From an uncultured Bacilli bacterium (GTDB lineage Bacteria; Bacillota_I; Bacilli_A; RF39; UBA660): 64,000 nucleotides of DNA. A program made the position numbers and the translations under genes. The stretch spans positions 19,655 through 83,654 of the forward strand of contig CAKOOR010000006.1 of the NCBI GenBank assembly GCA_934098505.1. Reading direction: 5' to 3'. The stretch's first letter is position 1; each line of letters starts with the position of its first letter. Below are positions 58,866 through 64,000 of this stretch, piece by piece. The notes beneath the pieces were generated by a model, which was given only the letters and a program-made list of their open reading frames with translations, was not told the origin of the DNA and made no database searches.

Positions 58866-60791
58866 TTAATTAATAGCAATACCATTTACATAAAGTTTAT
58901 ATCCATTAAAATCAATATTACTATTAGAACTATCTTCATTATTTAACGAAGTAATATAACTATTTCCTGTTAATTTAATTTTTGAAGTCTTATCTAAAGT
59001 TAAACTTATACTTTTAGCACTATTATCGCCATTTATTGTACCTTCATAAGAAGAATTATTACTTAAAGCCATACTAAGAGTAGATATAGAATCCACAACA
59101 ATATTACCAGTAGCTTTTTGATTCTTTAAATTTAAAGTAACATCGCCTCCATTTGAGCCACTATTTCCCCATGAGTCCTTTTGAACTCTTAAGAAATTAC
59201 CAGTAGAATCGTTATTAACAATAGTATTATTCTCTAGAGTAATTGTTGCTTTAGTATTAGTTACATATAAAGTATCACCTTTATTAGTAGTTATCTTACT
59301 ATTACTAGCCTTAAATACCGCAACGCCAGTATCAGCATCCCCACTCATCGATTGATAGAGGAAGATATTTTTATAAGTGGTTGACTGGCCATTAAGTTTA
59401 TTATTTGTATCTACTAAAGTTACGTTATCTAAAGTTACGGAGTTTTTACCTTCAATCACAACACCTTCTGAGGCCGTTGCTTTTAAAGTAGCGTTTTTTA
59501 CGGTAATATTGGCTGTTGAGTAAACAGCCGGTGATCCTTGACCAGTTGTCGTATAAGTACCACCATCAACATTTACAGTACCACCACCACGATCACTTCG
59601 AATAGCAGCACTGGAAGTTCCGGCGGTATTAATTTCTAAATCAGTCGCATTCATTACACCACCACCAGTAGTCATAATACCACCAGAATTATCTTTAGTT
59701 GTAGTAATTTTTGAATTACTGATATTTACCGTTGTGCCATCACTACTAGAATTACTAGTTGTTGCGGAACCACCATAAGAGAACACACCATTCGCGCCGG
59801 TTGCTTCGGTTGTAATAGTAGAATTTTCAATATTTAAAGTAGCGCCGTCTTTAGCTATAACAGCGGAGTTAGTACCATAAAAACTAGTACTATCACCACC
59901 ATCAGAATCGCCAGTCTTTGTAACTGTTACATTACTAATATCAGCGGTTGTATCGCCACTAACACTAATCGTATTTTCATCACTACTAGTAGAAGTGTAA
60001 GTACCATCAGTAATGGTAATGTCGCTGGTTATTTCTTTTGCCGCACTGTAGCTAGCATTATTATTACCTCCGTTCATTTCGCCCATACCAGGGTTACCAG
60101 AATTACTACTATTATTACTTAAAGAATTATTTGTTAGCACAATACTACTTGTTGATAAAACACCAGTTAAAACAATTACTCCTAAAACGTTAATCATCAC
60201 ATTATCTTTATTAGTAAATGTTTCTTTAAAACTCTTTTTGTTAAATTCTGACATAATTAAATCCATAACTAGTAAAGCAATACCCAAACTACTTGAGATA
60301 AATATTAAATAATAAGGCCATGTTATGCTATTAGCATTCCGACTAAAATTCATATCGTTTGGCATACTTGGGGGAGTACTACCATTACTTGAATTACCAT
60401 TACTTGGCATACCGTTCATTCCATTATTATTTGAGCTATTACTGTTGCTAAAATTTTGACTATCATCAGGTTTAGCAGAAGAAGTTCCATCATCATCACT
60501 AGGCTTTTCAGATGGTGTACCTTGATTACTATTTTGATTACCACCTGTGTTATTATCTGGTGGTGTCATATCATTACTACCATTTGGTTTTTCTGGCATA
60601 CCATTTGAATCATTACCATTATTGCTAGAACCAACAGGCATACTTGGGGGAGTACTACCATTCATACTAGTAAAAATATTATCAGTAATATGCTTCTTAG
60701 CATAACTATAAGTAAAAACCATACACATACTTAGTAAAGCAATAACTGCTACCATTAATACATTCTTTACATTTCTTTTCATATAATCCAA
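58866..60791 (-). CDS. beta-helix carbohydrate-binding-domain protein (Cthe_2159-like) with N/G/S-rich linker
   Basis: 641 aa. Two TM segments bracket a low-complexity region. T/S/G/N-rich repeats follow (ISNVTVTKTGDSDGG..., TLNIENSTITTEATGANG...), typical of parallel beta-helix. Confidence 0.55.
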   Translation of the reverse strand: MDYMKRNVKNVLMVAVIALLSMCMVFTYSYAKKHITDNIFTSMNGSTPPSMPVGSSNNGNDSNGMPEKPNGSNDMTPPDNNTGGNQNSNQGTPSEKPSDDDGTSSAKPDDSQNFSNSNSSNNNGMNGMPSNGNSSNGSTPPSMPNDMNFSRNANSITWPYYLIFISSSLGIALLVMDLIMSEFNKKSFKETFTNKDNVMINVLGVIVLTGVLSTSSIVLTNNSLSNNSSNSGNPGMGEMNGGNNNASYSAAKEITSDITITDGTYTSTSSDENTISVSGDTTADISNVTVTKTGDSDGGDSTSFYGTNSAVIAKDGATLNIENSTITTEATGANGVFSYGGSATTSNSSSDGTTVNISNSKITTTKDNSGGIMTTGGGVMNATDLEINTAGTSSAAIRSDRGGGTVNVDGGTYTTTGQGSPAVYSTANITVKNATLKATASEGVVIEGKNSVTLDNVTLVDTNNKLNGQSTTYKNIFLYQSMSGDADTGVAVFKASNSKITTNKGDTLYVTNTKATITLENNTIVNNDSTGNFLRVQKDSWGNSGSNGGDVTLNLKNQKATGNIVVDSISTLSMALSNNSSYEGTINGDNSAKSISLTLDKTSKIKLTGNSYITSLNNEDSSNSNIDFNGYKLYVNGIAIN

Positions 60792-60887
60792 TCTTTCCTT
60801 TCTATATCTCCACTATAGTATTTAAATATTAAATGAAAATTAAAAGACTGCTGCTATTTTTAATATACAACAATCTTTTAAAACTTT

Positions 60888-61292
60888 TTATTTAATTAAT
60901 TTTCTTTCTAAACAATAAGGTATGACTTTATGTTTTAAAGTATTTGATAAAATTTCTTCCCCTGCGTTAGATTGATACCATAAAAACTTTTCTATTTCTA
61001 AAGACGTTGAAAGTTCACCTTCCAACACCCCATTATATCTAAAAACATAAAAATGAATCGGCGTTATCCCATCACTTGTTGCAATCTCATCAAATTCCAT
61101 CACTAAATCTAGAGAATTATCATCAAATATGGCCTTATCTCCTAATTCCTCATGACATTCTCTAATTGCAGCTTCTAAAGGCGTTTCTCCGTCTTCAACC
61201 TTACCACCTATCATTTGATAAGTTGGTCTTTTCCTTGGCTTATCTATCAATAAGCACTTATTTTTAAAAAACATTGTTCCTACTACTTCCAT
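60888..61292 (-). CDS. NUDIX hydrolase
   Basis: Nudix box GGKVEDGETPLEAAIRECHEELG. The likely start is ATG at 61292. Confidence 0.8.
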   Translation of the reverse strand: MEVVGTMFFKNKCLLIDKPRKRPTYQMIGGKVEDGETPLEAAIRECHEELGDKAIFDDNSLDLVMEFDEIATSDGITPIHFYVFRYNGVLEGELSTSLEIEKFLWYQSNAGEEILSNTLKHKVIPYCLERKLIK

Positions 61293-61390
61293 TTTTTCTT
61301 TCCTTACTACTCCAAACAATAAAATTTAGCCTTGGCAGCCTCAAATTTACAAAGAGATTTAATAATATTTGTTAATCATCTAATTAAAGC

Positions 61391-62401
61391 CTAGCACTTT
61401 CTTATTTTTTCTATTTCCTCTACTGAAAGACCAGTTATCTTAGATATGGTTTCATTATCTAGGCCTAGGCCGATAGCATTTTTAGCATTTTCAGAGGCTT
61501 TTTCTTTAGAACCTTGTTCAATACCTTGTTCGATACCTTTTTCTATTCCTTCTTCTACACCGTCTTTATAACGCTTTTTTGCATCTCTTTCGGCTTCGGC
61601 AAGTCTAGTATTAAAGGCCATTTCTTCATTGCTAAGTTTCGTAAATAAAGCAATATTTTCTTTATCACAAGATAACTCTTCGATGCGGTAAATTAATTTT
61701 TCAGCATCTTCTTTTCCCATAATTTCTTCTGCCTTTCTTTTAAAAGTTTCTAAATCATTTGTATTCATTAAAATACACCAATTAGCAACCTTTTTTTCTC
61801 TCTCATCAATTAGATTATACCATGGGTTAAGAGCAAAATTAACAGAAATCGTATAAAAAATATCGTCCCAGCCAGTATCAATAATATTATCTTGATCTTT
61901 CATTTGACTAATTGAAACTAATCTTAATTTATTAGTATCAAAAAAATCGAAATTCACTTGGACTAAGCGGTCAATATTATCATAAGTATTATCTCCTACA
62001 TCTAAAGAAAAACTACCAATTTTATTACTATAAACCTTATTTCTTCTTAACATAGAATTAGAAGTATTTATTTCCACATTAATATATTCTTCTTCTTCAT
62101 CACCGTCTTCATTAAACATTTTATGTTTAATAAGCAAATCTACTTTATTTAACATATTCTTTTTATTAGAATTCTTTAAATCTCTATTTAAGTATCTTAT
62201 ATTACCAATAAATACCTCTTTTTTAATACTTAATACATCTGATAATAATTGATAAAGGACAAAATCATAGTCTTCATCATTAAATATTTGGGTAAACATA
62301 AAATCTTGTTTTAAGGGAATTATCTGACTCTCTGATAACTTATCTATTCTTACATTCTTCCTTTCTTTTTTTAAATTTTCTTTATTTATTTCTAATGACA
62401 T
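61391..62401 (-). CDS. Rpn/YhgA-like PD-(D/E)XK recombination-promoting nuclease (putative transposase family)
   Basis: 336 aa. N-terminal PLKQDFMFTQIF and a characteristic C-terminus (EEGIEKGIEQGIEQG...ISKITGLSVEEIEKI). Confidence 0.65.
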   Translation of the reverse strand: MSLEINKENLKKERKNVRIDKLSESQIIPLKQDFMFTQIFNDEDYDFVLYQLLSDVLSIKKEVFIGNIRYLNRDLKNSNKKNMLNKVDLLIKHKMFNEDGDEEEEYINVEINTSNSMLRRNKVYSNKIGSFSLDVGDNTYDNIDRLVQVNFDFFDTNKLRLVSISQMKDQDNIIDTGWDDIFYTISVNFALNPWYNLIDEREKKVANWCILMNTNDLETFKRKAEEIMGKEDAEKLIYRIEELSCDKENIALFTKLSNEEMAFNTRLAEAERDAKKRYKDGVEEGIEKGIEQGIEQGSKEKASENAKNAIGLGLDNETISKITGLSVEEIEKIRKC

Positions 62402-62460
62402 ATCGTATTCCTTCTTTCTATCTTGTCATTTTCTAGAGGTAGTTAGAAATACTATCTCTA

Positions 62461-62488
62461 ATTATACTTATTGGTAACAGAAGTCCAA
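62461..62488 (-). promoter_or_regulatory. candidate sigma-A promoter for the Rpn-like gene
   Basis: On the minus strand, TTGGAC is followed by a 16-nt spacer and TATAAT, about 60 nt upstream of the ATG. Confidence 0.4.
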
Positions 62489-62647
62489 TTTCCTTCTTTT
62501 TTTACTAAATTTTTCTCCAAAATTACAAATTTTTTTAAATTCGACACTTTCTTGACACTTTTGACTTCTAATATTCCCTCAGGGTGGGTGGGTTGGGAAG
62601 TTAAAAAAAAGAAACTAACTAGCTAAACCTAATTAATTCCTAAAAAA

Positions 62648-63307
62648 CTAACTAATTCTAAAATGTCCTTTTATATCATTCTTCCTACTATTTAAGATAT
62701 CCTCTTCATATTCTTCCTGATAAGGTCTTTCATGATGAATTACATAAGGTATCCCTTTTTTATTTCTCTTATCCGATACAATACCAATATGTGTACTAAA
62801 AACTACAATATCGCCACCTTGCCAATTTTTTATATCATTAATATCAGTAGTTAAATTAATACTATTATTTTGAAAATAAATTAATAAATTCTTTACCCTT
62901 CGATAATCAATATTCTTATCTCGAACATCAATATTATATTTATCAGGATTATTTTTAATATCTTCATTTACTAACTCTCTTAAATCATAGCCAGCATCTC
63001 TTAAACCAAAAGCCACCACATCAGTACAAACACCATAACTATCATCTGGATAACCACCCGCATAATACTTGCTTTCATACTGTGGCTTTGTCGCTATATA
63101 TTTTCTTACATTATTTAAAATATCAGTTTGATCATCAATACCATCATTATCTTTATCAATTTTACTTTGATAAGTTTTAATGCCAAAATAACTATTATCA
63201 TATTTAGCCTTATTACCAATCTTACCAGTATAAATCTTAAAGCCTATAAAGGCCAGTGTTCCCAGCAAAAAAATAACTAATAAAATAATCAAAATTTTCT
63301 TTTTCAT
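62648..63307 (-). CDS. DUF1287 domain protein
   Basis: 219 aa. N-terminal TM, then YGVCTDVVAFGLRDAGYDL and GDIVVF...HIGIVS, as in DUF1287. Confidence 0.7.
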   Translation of the reverse strand: MKKKILIILLVIFLLGTLAFIGFKIYTGKIGNKAKYDNSYFGIKTYQSKIDKDNDGIDDQTDILNNVRKYIATKPQYESKYYAGGYPDDSYGVCTDVVAFGLRDAGYDLRELVNEDIKNNPDKYNIDVRDKNIDYRRVKNLLIYFQNNSINLTTDINDIKNWQGGDIVVFSTHIGIVSDKRNKKGIPYVIHHERPYQEEYEEDILNSRKNDIKGHFRIS

Positions 63308-63774
63308 GCCTTATTTAATCTTTCCATATCTTTTTCTTCATCAATCTTTATAGTACTAAACTTTATCCCTTTGCGATAATTATCGATAGCTATCTTTTCA
63401 AATTCAATAACATCAATAGACAACTTATCTAACTCTAACCACTTAAGTTCTTGACACTTACTAGGTTCATTTATTTTTATATCTCCACCATAATTATTTA
63501 TAATAAAATAGATATCATAATAAGGTTTTAAATTTTTATTTATTCTATTTACCACAAATGTATCTTCTATATCTTTAGTAGTTATATTTATATTCAATTC
63601 TTCTTTAGCTTCTCTAACTAATGCTTGACAGGCGTCTTCTCCCTTGTCAATATGACCAGCCGGAAGGGCCAAAAAATTTGGCCATAATTTGGTTCCTGAT
63701 CTTCTTTGAAATAATACTTCTCTTTTATCATTAAAAATTAGCATATAAACTGCTGATAAAAATTCTTCACGCAT
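63304..63774 (-). CDS. NUDIX hydrolase
   Basis: Nudix box GHIDKGEDACQALVREAKEELN. It has a 4-nt overlap with the downstream gene. Confidence 0.8.
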   Translation of the reverse strand: MREEFLSAVYMLIFNDKREVLFQRRSGTKLWPNFLALPAGHIDKGEDACQALVREAKEELNINITTKDIEDTFVVNRINKNLKPYYDIYFIINNYGGDIKINEPSKCQELKWLELDKLSIDVIEFEKIAIDNYRKGIKFSTIKIDEEKDMERLNKA

Positions 63775-63775
63775 A

Positions 63776-64000
63776 TTATTTTTTATCTCTCTTTCTATAT
63801 ATTAAAACTAATACTAAAATCATCGAGCACAACACAAATTCTAACATTGATGTAAATTTCAACATATTATCCGTTGTACAAAGATAAGCATATAAGACAT
63901 AGGTAAAATAGCTTATGGTTCCTACTATCCACGATGGTATGCTTAAATCTTTAGCACTCCTGCTAACTATCAAACGTGTTATTTGGGGTACGTAAGAAAT
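63776..64000 (-). CDS. PQ-loop (SemiSWEET-like) small membrane protein, N-terminus off window
   Basis: The frame stays open to the window edge. The upstream codons read ISYVPQITRLIVSRSAKDLS, which contains a PQ motif. Confidence 0.5.
   Translation of the reverse strand: MSYVPQITRLIVSRSAKDLSIPSWIVGTISYFTYVLYAYLCTTDNMLKFTSMLEFVLCSMILVLVLIYRKRDKK

Overview
This is an AT-rich, low-GC Bacillota-type chromosomal segment. A GerQ spore-coat gene and whiA suggest a spore-former, possibly Erysipelotrichales or Clostridia-like. Almost all genes lie on the minus strand. The backbone is ordinary housekeeping: gap, whiA, ftsEX plus a coiled-coil M23 peptidase, ung, rlmH, dnaB, rplI, rpsF-ssb-rpsR, typA, prfB with its +1 frameshift, an ABC-F ATPase, and a TtcA-like/cysteine desulfurase pair. 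I saw no rRNA, tRNA, CRISPR array, integrase or intact transposase. The most interesting region is about 48.2-54.7 kb. It holds two paralogous membrane-anchored surface proteins whose C-terminal segments are strikingly GC-rich and adenine-poor. Between them sits a 31-codon homologous fragment loaded with AAT/AAC codons, which resembles the template/variable-repeat layout of a diversity-generating retroelement (DGR). No reverse transcriptase is present in the window, and the match is not adenine-exclusive. Upstream of the second paralog, two lox/dif-like sites in inverted orientation bracket a 236-bp repeat-rich segment, a candidate invertible promoter. An OmpR-type two-component system lies directly upstream. 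Other accessory items are: a Panacea-domain antitoxin with a downstream toxin-like ORF broken by an in-frame TAG; several decayed genes (S41 peptidase fragment, pRiA4b-ORF3-like, DUF3990); paralogous HExxH lipoproteins; two small kinase-fold paralogs; and an isolated G-quadruplex motif. All family assignments come from motifs read by eye, with no database search.
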